A stretch of 52,521 bases of DNA from a virus. Lineage: Duplodnaviria; Caudoviricetes. Of this stretch, positions 9,051 through 18,240 are shown one piece after another (within the stretch, counting starts at the first letter, position 1; each line of letters opens with the position of its first letter). The DNA lies in IMG/VR virus record IMGVR_UViG_3300036715_004474, positions 1 through 52,521 of that record. One strand, written 5' to 3'. The position numbers and the translations under genes are program-made. Below the pieces are notes generated by a model, which worked only from the letters and a program-made list of their open reading frames with translations, was not told the DNA's origin and did not search any database.

Positions 9051-10544
9051 TCAGAACTGGATGAAGGCGAGGTTGCCGAGCACGAGTATGCCGGGCGGGT
9101 CCGCGGTGGTGGCGGGCACGATCGGCGCCGTCTGCGTCGTCGTCGTCCCGTGGGTGTAGGTGGCCGCGTAGTCGATGTCGGCCACCTCCGGGAAGCTGAG
9201 GTCGACGGCATCGAGCAGCCGGTGCGAGAGGTTGGGGGGCGCCATACCGCTGCCGGTGGCGGGCTGCCGGGCGGCGTCGGGGAGCAGGTCCGGCAGGCTG
9301 GTCTTCTCGCCCGGGCCGAGGAGCGCCACGCCGGCAGCGAAGGCCGCGGCGTAGGCCACGAGCGACACGGCGCCCGCCGACAGGTAGCCGCCGAGCGGCG
9401 AGACGACCCACGCGCCTTGCAGGGTGATCGTCCAGGCGCCTGCCCCGCCGCCCACGCTGGCGACGGTGCCCTCGCGCATGATGCCGATGACGATGCCGGT
9501 CACCGGGTCGGCGTAGGCCGGGTCCCAGTAGCCGATCGACTGCCCCACCACTGGCCCCGCCGTCGAGGACACCGTGGCCGTGCCGGTCCCGCTGTTGAAG
9601 GCGGTGACCTTGGCGAGCTCGGCCGGCCAGGGCGCGGCGTCGCGAAACCCTCCCCCGACGCCGGCGCCGAGCGGCAGGGGGAGGTCGATGCTGATCACCA
9701 CGTCCACGGCCTGGTCGGTCACCGACGTGACGTTGAGGTCGTTCTGGCCGGGCATCTGGGCCAGGATCGCCGCGCGGACGATGGCGAGCGTCGGCGCCGC
9801 GAGGAGGCGGGTGCCGCCGACCGCGGTGACCGCGACGTCGTAGGAGGCGGGCCCGCGGACGCCGGCGTAGACGTAGGGCGCCTCGACGCTCGCGGAGGCT
9901 GCCTCGGCCCACTCCCCGACGGAGCTGGCGTTGCCGCCGACGGGCGGAGCGGAGAGCTTGCGCAGGAGGCGCGTGCGGAGGCGGTCGTCGTTGTCGGCGT
10001 CGATGCCGCCCACGAGGCCGGCGCTGTCGACGGTGGCCTGGGGCGCGAGCCCCCCGATGGCCGCGCTGCTCCACGTGATCTTGGTCCCGGGGTCCTGGTT
10101 GCTGGAGAACCCGGGCGCGAGGGCGATGACGTCGACGCTGCCGCCGTTCGCGACCGTCTTCGTGGAGATCGTCTTGTAGACCTGCCCGTCCGGGCTCGTC
10201 CCGACGAAGCCCGCCGGGATCGTGACCGTCGAGGCCGCGGCGACGAGGACGGCGCCGGCGGCGGGCGCGGCGGGCCGCGGCTGGAGGCCGAAGATCGCCG
10301 CCAGCGCGATGAGGTCCGAACCCACCGCGGTGAGGGGGTTGGAAGCGGCCGCGGAGATCTTGTTGTTCGCAATCGCGATGGCGATGCGGTTCGAGTAGGC
10401 CTCGGCGCGCTTGTAGTGGTCGGAGCCCGGGAGGACGTTCGGCGGGCTGAGGCCCTGGGACGTGTACCCGAAGACGATCGCGACCAGGATCGTCGCCAGC
10501 AGCTCGCTGGGGGTCGGGTAGGCGGCCTCGCCGACGGCGGCCAT
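9051..10544 (-). CDS. Baseplate J / Mu gp47-like protein
   Basis: TAVGSDLIALAAIFGLQPRPA, GGIDADNDDRLRTRLL, GGNASS motifs. Confidence 0.9.
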   Translation of the reverse strand: MAAVGEAAYPTPSELLATILVAIVFGYTSQGLSPPNVLPGSDHYKRAEAYSNRIAIAIANNKISAAASNPLTAVGSDLIALAAIFGLQPRPAAPAAGAVLVAAASTVTIPAGFVGTSPDGQVYKTISTKTVANGGSVDVIALAPGFSSNQDPGTKITWSSAAIGGLAPQATVDSAGLVGGIDADNDDRLRTRLLRKLSAPPVGGNASSVGEWAEAASASVEAPYVYAGVRGPASYDVAVTAVGGTRLLAAPTLAIVRAAILAQMPGQNDLNVTSVTDQAVDVVISIDLPLPLGAGVGGGFRDAAPWPAELAKVTAFNSGTGTATVSSTAGPVVGQSIGYWDPAYADPVTGIVIGIMREGTVASVGGGAGAWTITLQGAWVVSPLGGYLSAGAVSLVAYAAAFAAGVALLGPGEKTSLPDLLPDAARQPATGSGMAPPNLSHRLLDAVDLSFPEVADIDYAATYTHGTTTTQTAPIVPATTADPPGILVLGNLAFIQF

Positions 10545-10547
10545 GGG

Positions 10548-10952
10548 CTAGCGGATCCTCAGGGTCATGGGGAGGTTGGTTCCGGCGTTCGTGTACGAGA
10601 TCGTCTTCAGCGTGGTGGCGCGCCCGTCGTCGGTGACGCCGATCTTGAGGCCGCTGATCGCGCCCTCGAGGACGAGCGGCCGGAGCGCCGTGCGCAGGGC
10701 CGCGGTCTGCCGGTTCATGGTCTGCGGCGTGATGATGTCCGCCGCGGTGTCGGCGCCGCACACGAGCCAGTAGACGCGCTGCTCGGTGCCATCCATGCCG
10801 AGCGGGTTGCCGTCGGCGTCGATGACGTAGCGCTGCGTCTCCGGGTCGATCTTCCACGAGGCGACCAGCGTGGTCGGGGTCACGCCGGCGATGGGGTTGG
10901 GCCCGCCGCAGGGTCCCGCACCGCAGCCGAATCCGCCGAAGCCTCCAGCCAT
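10548..10952 (-). CDS. Baseplate wedge / sheath initiator (Mu gp46/gp25-like)
   Basis: Size and position; ALRPLVLEGAISGLKI motif. Confidence 0.65.
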   Translation of the reverse strand: MAGGFGGFGCGAGPCGGPNPIAGVTPTTLVASWKIDPETQRYVIDADGNPLGMDGTEQRVYWLVCGADTAADIITPQTMNRQTAALRTALRPLVLEGAISGLKIGVTDDGRATTLKTISYTNAGTNLPMTLRIR

Positions 10953-11554
10953 CAGGGCACCGTGACGGGGGTTCCGTTGATGACCAGCGCGCCGGGAACC
11001 GGCGGCGCGGTGGTGATGTGCACGCCGGTCACATCCACGACCAGCGTCGTCCCCCCGACGGCGAGGGTGACCGCGGCGGCGCCCACCGTCACCGAGCCGC
11101 CGCCGGCGAGCGACATGGAGGCGGAGGTGGTGGTGAGCTGGACCTGCGTCGAGCCGACCGAGGCCGTGACCGTCCCGCCGGCGCCGTCGAGCGCCACCGT
11201 CATGTTGGTGGAGCTCAGCGCGATGCTGTTGCCCGCCTGGCTGAGCTTGAGCCGCGCGTCGCAGTTGCTGACGATCGCCCGGTCGCCCGGGGCCATGGTG
11301 CCGAGGACCGCGCTGAATCGCCCGTCGAGCGAAGCGATAACGAAACGGTCGTTGCCGAGGGTGAGGACGATGGCCTGGCCCGCCGCGCCCGCCGCCGGCG
11401 GGTTGGGGAGCCCCAGGAAGCCGTCCGCTGACAGGAAGGCCACGTCCTGGCCTACGCCCTTGCCGGTCGCGAGGTCGCCGACCTGGAGCCGGGCCTCGTT
11501 GTCGTTGGCGACGCTGTAGAGGATGTCGAGCAGCTCGACGTCGCCGCTGCTCAT
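10952..11554 (-). CDS. Baseplate spike (Mu gp45/gpV-like)
   Basis: OB-fold-like N-terminus, PGDRAI motif, beta-helix repeats. Confidence 0.75.
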   Translation of the reverse strand: MSSGDVELLDILYSVANDNEARLQVGDLATGKGVGQDVAFLSADGFLGLPNPPAAGAAGQAIVLTLGNDRFVIASLDGRFSAVLGTMAPGDRAIVSNCDARLKLSQAGNSIALSSTNMTVALDGAGGTVTASVGSTQVQLTTTSASMSLAGGGSVTVGAAAVTLAVGGTTLVVDVTGVHITTAPPVPGALVINGTPVTVP

Positions 11555-11564
11555 CGGCCGGGCC

Positions 11565-12752
11565 TCAATGGCCCTTCGTCGGCTTCTCGCCGAGGATGAG
11601 CGCGCCCTTGGGGATCCACGCCAGCGAGGCCCGCTGGCCCTGGCCCGCGTCGAGGTGGAGCGTCCGCTCGAGCAGGAACATCGGATCGTCCAGGTCCTCC
11701 AGCTCGACCACGACGCGCCCCATGGTGCCCGCGGTCCAGATGCGGCCGGTGCGCGAGATCCAGCCGTCGACGTCGCCGGTGACGACGTAGGCGTCCTTCG
11801 CCCGCATCCCCAGCTCGAAGAGGGCGGCGTTCTGTGCCTGGTTGGCGTCGCGGCTGCTCTTGTCCTTGTAGGTGAAGGGCTTGAAGGGCGCGGCGCTGGA
11901 GCGGTACCGGCAGCGGGCCGGGATGACGTCCTCGGCCTTCACCAGCGCCCGCGGCCGCGCGACGTTGCTGTCGCCGGCGGCGAGGTGGCGCATGCCGATC
12001 ACCTCGGTCTGCGCGAACTGGCCGGCGTTGGTCTCGCGGACCTTGGGGGCGCCGAAGAAGCGGTCGGCCCCGGGGTAGGTGCCGGGGGTGACCGCGCACA
12101 CCACCGTGTAGGCCAGGTCCTGGTCGTAGTCGGGCGCGACCACGAGGAGCGTGTCGTCCTCGGCGATCTTGATGCAGCATCCGAGGCGCGTGACGATCCG
12201 CGCGGCGAACTGGTAGGCAGTCTCGCCGTCGTGGGCGACGGCGTTCTTCATCTTGAGGTCGCCCACCGCGAAGGGCGGCGGCTTGCCGCCCGGGAGGGGT
12301 ACGCCCGTCAGGGCGTTCACGTGGGCGCGCGCGTCGGTGACGATCTTCGTGAAGCCGTAGGGCGCGAAGAGCGTGAGGAGCGCGTTCTCGATCGAGACGT
12401 CCGAGAGGCTCGTCAGCGAGAGATCGGGGTCCACCGCGCCCTGGTAGGGCGTCAGGAGCGGGGTGTGGCAAGTGACCTTGATGACCCCGCCGGCGCCAGC
12501 GCTGGTCTCGGCGTCGACGTCCTCGACGAGGAACCGGCCCTGGTGCGTTTTGTTGATGTAGAGGTGCACCTGCTCGCCCTTGCTGAGCTTCTTCCGGTAG
12601 TCGCGGTACTGGTTCCGCAGCGGCGCTGCGGTAATCGTCAGCGAGCCGAGCGGGTCGACGAAGCTGTCGTGCAGCGTCGCGTCCGTGAAGGAATCGATCG
12701 TGCCCCCGTCGTCGAACGTCAGGGCGACGCGCGCGCGGGTGGCAGAGCTCAT
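11565..12752 (-). CDS. Baseplate hub protein (Mu gp44/P-like)
   Basis: DGETAYQFAARIVTRLG and VDGWISRTGRIWTAG motifs; start MSSATRARV. Confidence 0.8.
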   Translation of the reverse strand: MSSATRARVALTFDDGGTIDSFTDATLHDSFVDPLGSLTITAAPLRNQYRDYRKKLSKGEQVHLYINKTHQGRFLVEDVDAETSAGAGGVIKVTCHTPLLTPYQGAVDPDLSLTSLSDVSIENALLTLFAPYGFTKIVTDARAHVNALTGVPLPGGKPPPFAVGDLKMKNAVAHDGETAYQFAARIVTRLGCCIKIAEDDTLLVVAPDYDQDLAYTVVCAVTPGTYPGADRFFGAPKVRETNAGQFAQTEVIGMRHLAAGDSNVARPRALVKAEDVIPARCRYRSSAAPFKPFTYKDKSSRDANQAQNAALFELGMRAKDAYVVTGDVDGWISRTGRIWTAGTMGRVVVELEDLDDPMFLLERTLHLDAGQGQRASLAWIPKGALILGEKPTKGH

Positions 12753-12763
12753 GGGGCAGGTCC

Positions 12764-13717
12764 CTAGTTGGGCAGGTAGTAGTACAGCGTCGTGCCGCGG
12801 TCCGCGTACGGGCCGCGCAGCGCCTGCGCGTTGAGCGCCATGATCTCGGCGACGCTGTTCTTGTGCTCGCGGGCGAAGACGTCGAGCGTCTTGCGCCGGT
12901 CGAGGACGACGCGGCCGAGCTTGCGCGACGCGCGGGCGAGGTTCACCCGCTGGGTGTTGATCGCGGCCCAGAAGGCCCGGCACGCGTCGAGCGCGGGCCA
13001 GGTCATCACGTCGTCGAGCGCCATGAGCGCGTCGACCATCGCCGCGACGTCACCCATTAGCGTCAGGAGCTGGTCGGCGGCGCCGAGCACGCCGGCGAAG
13101 AGGGGCGCGCGGATCGCGGCGTAGAGGTCCACGAGGGTCGGGGGCGCGAAGCCGCTGGGGAAGCTGAGCCCGTACTGGGTCGCGAACATCACCGGGAGCC
13201 GCCCGGGGGCCACCTGGACGCCGAAGGCCGCGGCGCCGGCGTCGGCCGCGGCCGCGAGACGCGCGGGGTCGGCGGCAATGTTGCCGAGCAGCTCGAGGGT
13301 GCTGGGGTCCTCGTTCGTCTCCACCCAGGTGACGTCGACGAGGATGCCGGACCGCACCTTGCTCTCGACCACGCCGCTGCCCTCGGCCACCCGCGCGCGG
13401 ATGGGCCCGAGCACCGGGTGCTCCAGGTCGCCGGCGGCGCCGTCGAGCAGCTGGTCGCGCCAGGTCTCCCAGTAGTCCGGGAAGAGACGGCCGAGCCCGT
13501 CGAACGAGTGGTCGACGGTGTTGACGAAGTAGAGGCGCGCCGAGAGTCCCTGGAAGCTGTCGCGCCCCGTGGGGTCGTGCGCGTCGACGTCGACGTAGGG
13601 GTACTGCCGGGCGGCCAGCCGGTTGCGCCAGCGGAAGGGCAGGATGTCGTAGCCGGGCGCGAGGAGGCCGCGCCACTTCAGGTACGGCAGGTCCTTGGTG
13701 ATGGCGGCGTCGGACAT
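12764..13717 (-). CDS. Mu N-like DNA circularisation / tail protein with C-terminal LysM-like segment
   Basis: RQYPYVD...GR and GDLEHPVLG motifs; C-terminal AEIMALN. Confidence 0.75.
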   Translation of the reverse strand: MSDAAITKDLPYLKWRGLLAPGYDILPFRWRNRLAARQYPYVDVDAHDPTGRDSFQGLSARLYFVNTVDHSFDGLGRLFPDYWETWRDQLLDGAAGDLEHPVLGPIRARVAEGSGVVESKVRSGILVDVTWVETNEDPSTLELLGNIAADPARLAAAADAGAAAFGVQVAPGRLPVMFATQYGLSFPSGFAPPTLVDLYAAIRAPLFAGVLGAADQLLTLMGDVAAMVDALMALDDVMTWPALDACRAFWAAINTQRVNLARASRKLGRVVLDRRKTLDVFAREHKNSVAEIMALNAQALRGPYADRGTTLYYYLPN

Positions 13718-13720
13718 GGC

Positions 13721-16036
13721 TTAGTGCTTCGCGCCCGGCGTGACCGGCGAGCCGGTGATGCTGGGCTTGGCGGCCGCGGCAAGGGCGCGGGCGGCGCCGT
13801 GGAGCTCCTTTGCGGCGGACTTGTGCATCTCGGCCGCTGCCTTCTGTTCGGCGGCGCCGGCGGCGGCGTTGTGGTCGCCTCCGGTGTTGCCCATCATCGC
13901 GCGGCGGCCCTCGCGCTGCGCGTCGGTCAGGCCCGGTGCGGACACGCCGCCGTAGTCCTCGACGCCGGCCTTGCGCGCCCACTTGCCCTCGCCCCGCTTG
14001 AACGCCCGCTCGTTCGCCTGCTGCTCAGGCGTGGGCCCCAGCCCCTCCCGCGTGCCCTTGCCCGCGGTGCGGATACCGATCTCCTCCTGATCTTTCTGGA
14101 AGGCTTCGAGCCGGCGCTGATCTTCGCCAGCTCGCTTGGAGGATTCGACGAGTTCGTCGGCCTTGAGCTTCTTGGCGTTGATGGCGTTGTACTTGGCCTG
14201 ATCCTCGTCGGAGAGCTTGTTGTACGCCGCCCCTCCGCCGATCGCGTTGAGCTGCTTCTGGTAGCTCTCGGACTTCAGCTGCGCGGCCGAGGCCTTCTCC
14301 TCCGGGCTCTTGCCCGTGATGAGGTTCAACTCCTCGAGCTTGGCGGCGAGCGCCTCGAGCGCGTCCGCCGCGATGCCGATGGCCGTTGCGAACATCTCGA
14401 AGACGGCGGGGTCGCCGGCGAGCCTCTCGACGATCTCCGCGATCTTGGGGGCGAGCCGGTCGCCGACGGCGGCCTTGATCTTCTCCCAGGCGCCGGAGAG
14501 CACCGCGCCGGCCTCGGCCTGCGCCTGGGCAGCGTCGCGCTCCACCTCGGCGAAGTCGCTCGCGGCCTGGGTGGCCTTCTTGAGCGCGCCGATGACCGCC
14601 TCGTAGCCGGCCTTCTGGGCGTCCTTGCCCGTGTGGCCCGCGGCCGCGTCGGTGTAGGCCGAGATCAGGGGGTTGATCGCGCGGACGCCCTGTTTCCCGA
14701 AGATCTTCAGCAGCCCGGCGTTCTTCTTCTCGAGGTTGCTGCCGCCGACGTTGGCGACGGTCTCCGCGAGGATCTCGTCGACGTCGCGCTTGCCGCCCGC
14801 CTTGTTGAAGACGTTGACCTTGCCGCCGTACTTCCCGCTCTTCAGGTCGCCGGCGTGCGCTGTCAGCGCCGAGAACACGTTCTCGACCGCTGTGCCCGCC
14901 TGCTGGGGGGAACGGGTGCCGGTGCGCGCGATCTGGACGAGGCCGCCGAGGCGCGCGACCGCCTCGGGGCCCTTCCCGATATCGAATGCCGCCCCCGCGC
15001 TGGCCAGCTTCTGGAACTGCGCGGCCAGGTCGGCCATGGTCATGGCGCCGCCCTTGCCCTGCATGGTCAGCCCCGCCATGACCTGGCGCATGTCCTCCAC
15101 GGACTTGACGTTGAATTTCTGACCGAGGCTCGCAGCCGTCGTCGCCACGTCTTCCACGGTCGCGCCGGTGGCGCTCGCCGTGGTGGCGAAGAGCTGCATG
15201 TTCTTGCGGGCGGTCTCCAGGTCGCCCGTGAGGTCGACGTACTTCTGGACGGCCTTCCCGATGTCGCCGGCGCTCTGCCCCGGCGTGGCGACGGCCGCGC
15301 GCTCGAACTCCTTGCGGAGTTGGGTGGGGTCGGCGCCTTCTTGGCCCGCCATCCGGGCGTTGATCGAGACGCGGTTGGCGATCGCCTGCGTCTCCATCGA
15401 CTCGCGGACGGCGCCGCCGACGAGTCCGATGCCGGTCGAGAACGCGCTCCCGGCGAGGCCGACGATCGCGCCGCCAGCGGCCCACGCGAGCCCCGGGATG
15501 GCGTGCGAGGGGTTCTTGAGGAAGCGATCGCGCGCCCGCTGCTCCGCGCGGGCCTTCTGCTCCGCGACCCGCTCGGCGTGCGCCGCCTCGCGGTCCATTT
15601 CGCGGCGGATGCGCGCGGCGGTCCGCTCGACCTCCGCCCAGCGTTGCGCCTCCGCCCGCTTGGTGGCGGCCGCGGCCCGCTGGGAAGCGCGCTCGGCGGC
15701 CTTGGCAGCCTGCTCGTGGGCGCGGACCTGCGCCTGGCCCGACCGGTTGGCGGCCGCCACGGCATCCCGGGCGGCGCGCTCCTGCGCGGCGCTGGCACGC
15801 TTCGCGGCCCGCTCCTGCTCCGCCGCGACGCGGCGGGCGAGCTGCTCGACGTCGCTGAGGTCGCGCCGGGTGGTGGTGGCGCTGCGGGCGGCCTCGCGCC
15901 CGGCGGCGCCGGCGGAGCGCCCGAAGGTGTCCTGCGCGCGCCCCGCGTCGAGCGCCGCGGCGCTGATCGACCGGATGGCGGAGACGACGTCCCCATGTCC
16001 CTCCGGTCGGAACTGGTAGACGATCGGCTCAGGCAC
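13721..16036 (-). CDS. Tape measure protein
   Basis: 771 aa, Ala/Gly-rich and helical; tape-measure core (QQAGTAVENVFSAL, LLKIFGKQG). Confidence 0.9.
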   Translation of the reverse strand: MPEPIVYQFRPEGHGDVVSAIRSISAAALDAGRAQDTFGRSAGAAGREAARSATTTRRDLSDVEQLARRVAAEQERAAKRASAAQERAARDAVAAANRSGQAQVRAHEQAAKAAERASQRAAAATKRAEAQRWAEVERTAARIRREMDREAAHAERVAEQKARAEQRARDRFLKNPSHAIPGLAWAAGGAIVGLAGSAFSTGIGLVGGAVRESMETQAIANRVSINARMAGQEGADPTQLRKEFERAAVATPGQSAGDIGKAVQKYVDLTGDLETARKNMQLFATTASATGATVEDVATTAASLGQKFNVKSVEDMRQVMAGLTMQGKGGAMTMADLAAQFQKLASAGAAFDIGKGPEAVARLGGLVQIARTGTRSPQQAGTAVENVFSALTAHAGDLKSGKYGGKVNVFNKAGGKRDVDEILAETVANVGGSNLEKKNAGLLKIFGKQGVRAINPLISAYTDAAAGHTGKDAQKAGYEAVIGALKKATQAASDFAEVERDAAQAQAEAGAVLSGAWEKIKAAVGDRLAPKIAEIVERLAGDPAVFEMFATAIGIAADALEALAAKLEELNLITGKSPEEKASAAQLKSESYQKQLNAIGGGAAYNKLSDEDQAKYNAINAKKLKADELVESSKRAGEDQRRLEAFQKDQEEIGIRTAGKGTREGLGPTPEQQANERAFKRGEGKWARKAGVEDYGGVSAPGLTDAQREGRRAMMGNTGGDHNAAAGAAEQKAAAEMHKSAAKELHGAARALAAAAKPSITGSPVTPGAKH

Positions 16037-16038
16037 GG

Positions 16039-16380
16039 TCAGATCACCCGGGAGAGCCCCGCGAAGAGGTAGGCGAGCTCGCCGTCGGCCTCGGCCGCGA
16101 GCTCGTCGATGCGCATCAGGCCGCGGACGGCGACGTAGCGGGCGTACGGGGCGCGCGCGCCGAGCTGGACCTCGTCGGCATCGCCGATGGAGATCACCTC
16201 GGAGGCGTAGGTGGAGGCCTCCAGCTCGCCGGTGCGGTTCTGGTAGTCGTGCGTCGCCCGCTCGGTTGCCGCCTTCGCGTCGAGCGTGGCCTTCATCTGG
16301 CGCACGCCGTCCTGGTAGGCGGCCTCGAACCGATCGCCGGCGTCGGCGAGGTTGCCGAAGTCGACGACCAGGCGGAACAT
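16039..16380 (-). CDS. HK97 gp10-like tail completion protein
   Basis: NRTGELEAS...APYARYV motif. Confidence 0.6.
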   Translation of the reverse strand: MFRLVVDFGNLADAGDRFEAAYQDGVRQMKATLDAKAATERATHDYQNRTGELEASTYASEVISIGDADEVQLGARAPYARYVAVRGLMRIDELAAEADGELAYLFAGLSRVI

Positions 16381-16382
16381 GG

Positions 16383-17189
16383 CTATTCGGTGGGCGTGGG
16401 GTTCGCGGGCGCGGGGGCGCTCGCCGCCCACGTCGCCTCCCGGTCGGCCAGCAGCGCGTCCCGCTCGGCCCGGACGCTGGCGAGCTCGGCCTCGAGCGCC
16501 TCGCGCTCGGCCGTGGCCGCCTTGGCGTCCTCGAGGAGGACGTCGACGCTCTTCCGGGCGTCGGCGAGCTTCGCGGCCAGCATCGTCGCCAGGTGGGTCA
16601 GGAACCACCGCGGGTAGGGCGCCAGGACGGCCTCGGGGATGTCGTCGGCCAGGTGCTCGTGGAGGACGCGCGCGAGCGTCTCCACCATCTCGTCGTTGAT
16701 CTCGAGCGACGTCCCCCCGTACTTGCGCTTCAGCTCGTCGTAGAGGTTGAGGAGCGCCGCGATCTCGTCGGTGGAGAGCTCGTCGCGCATCCACGTCGGC
16801 CCCGGAAAGGCCGCGGTGCGGGTCGCCTGCCCGGCCTTGTCGACGCGTCGGCAGATCCGGAAGAGGGCCTCGATGTTCTTCTCGTTCGCGAAGATGTCGG
16901 CGTCCTTCGCCGCGGCCTCCGCGCCTCGCCCGGCGCGTTTCGCGAACTCCGCGAGGGTCGCGTGCGCGTGCAGGATCGACTCGGTCTCTTCGCCGTTCGG
17001 GATGATCTGCATCGCGATGCGGCGCACGACCTTGCCGCCGAGACCCAGGATGCCGGTGACGTCGAAGACGCGGACCGTGCGCCCGCGCGCCTTCAGCGCG
17101 GCGGCCAGGTCGCCGTCGTCCTGGGTCGTGTCGGGCGCGGCGGCGCCGGCGGCAGGAGCGAGCGGCGTGGGAGGCGTGGGAGGTCTCAT
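16383..17189 (-). CDS. Putative tail assembly chaperone
   Basis: Between tube and tape measure; AFPGPTWMRDELSTDEIAALLNLY. Confidence 0.55.
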   Translation of the reverse strand: MRPPTPPTPLAPAAGAAAPDTTQDDGDLAAALKARGRTVRVFDVTGILGLGGKVVRRIAMQIIPNGEETESILHAHATLAEFAKRAGRGAEAAAKDADIFANEKNIEALFRICRRVDKAGQATRTAAFPGPTWMRDELSTDEIAALLNLYDELKRKYGGTSLEINDEMVETLARVLHEHLADDIPEAVLAPYPRWFLTHLATMLAAKLADARKSVDVLLEDAKAATAEREALEAELASVRAERDALLADREATWAASAPAPANPTPTE

Positions 17190-17773
17190 TTCCGGTCTTT
17201 CATGGCGGTGCGGGCGGCCTGCCAGGCGAGCCAGTGGCCGTCGAGGAGCTCGCACAGAGGGAGGCCCCAGTATCGGTCAGGGCGCGGGAGGATACCCCCG
17301 GGGGTGACGTCGACGCAGGTGGCCAGCACGCTAGCCTCATGGATGTTCGAGGGGTGCTCGGCGCCCCGCTCGAGCTCGGCACGCCAGCTGGCCACGTTGC
17401 TGCGCGCGGTGGTGGGAGCGATGTCGGCGAGCACGGCCCGCGTTTGGCTGGCCAGCTCCCGGATCTCGTGCTCCTCGAGCTCAGCCAGGTCGCCGGCGCT
17501 GGGGAACGCGCGGCCGCGGGGCGTGTGGAGGACGAGGCTGAGCAGCTCGAGGGCGGTCGTGGTGTCGAGGAGGGCCTCGACGACGCCCGCTGCGCGCTCG
17601 CCGGCGTCGTGGCTGAGGGCTTCGGCCATCGCCGGCGCCGCCCGCACGAAGAGGGGCGTCGCCTCGGCGGCGCGCAGGCGGTAGAGGATGGGGCGCTGCA
17701 GCTGCCGCGGTAGCAGCGAGCGCCACAGGACCGCCGCGGGGAGCGGGGGCGGCTCTCGCGGGTCGCGGCGCAT
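17186..17773 (-). CDS. Putative tail assembly chaperone
   Basis: Directly after the tube; AFPSAGDLAELEEHEIREL; YWGLPLCELLDGHW tail. Confidence 0.55.
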   Translation of the reverse strand: MRRDPREPPPLPAAVLWRSLLPRQLQRPILYRLRAAEATPLFVRAAPAMAEALSHDAGERAAGVVEALLDTTTALELLSLVLHTPRGRAFPSAGDLAELEEHEIRELASQTRAVLADIAPTTARSNVASWRAELERGAEHPSNIHEASVLATCVDVTPGGILPRPDRYWGLPLCELLDGHWLAWQAARTAMKDRK

Positions 17774-17793
17774 GGTAGGTCGCCGCGGTGGTC

Positions 17794-18192
17794 CTACCCG
17801 TTGTCCTCGAAGTTGGGCGGACCGCTGGTGATCGTCAGGTCCTCTTCGGTGTTCTTGCCGTCCGCCGAGTCGACGCTGACCGGGCTGGAGATGTGGCCCT
17901 CGCTCTCCAGGGGCTGGGCGCCGGAGAGCGGCGTGATCCGGTACCGGACGAACTCCCTGTTGGCTTTCGCCGCGAAGAAGTTGAACGAGGGCCGGAACAG
18001 CCGGAAGTTCTTCAGCGACACCTCGAAGGTCTGGGCGCCCGGCGTGAAGCCGCCATAGTCGAGCGCGAGCGTGGCGAAGGTCACGTCCTGCCCGTTCAAG
18101 GTCATCTTGAGGTCGGTGTTCTCGGCGACCAGGCCGCCCGGCCTGACGTCCGAGAAGACCTCGACGAAAAATCGTTCACCGAGCTGGGGCAT
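17794..18192 (-). CDS. Tail tube protein
   Basis: 132 aa, beta-rich, immediately after the sheath. Confidence 0.75.
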   Translation of the reverse strand: MPQLGERFFVEVFSDVRPGGLVAENTDLKMTLNGQDVTFATLALDYGGFTPGAQTFEVSLKNFRLFRPSFNFFAAKANREFVRYRITPLSGAQPLESEGHISSPVSVDSADGKNTEEDLTITSGPPNFEDNG

Positions 18193-18240
18193 GGGATCTT
18201 CCTTGCGTGGATGCGATATCGAAAACAGGCCGCGCCGGCG

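Noticed and set aside
7246-10857. 1203-aa ORF and other long Arg/Pro/Gly-rich ORFs (e.g. 8886-11519, 13418-16072, 17788-20511)
   Set aside because: Shadow frames caused by high GC, overlapping well-supported phage genes
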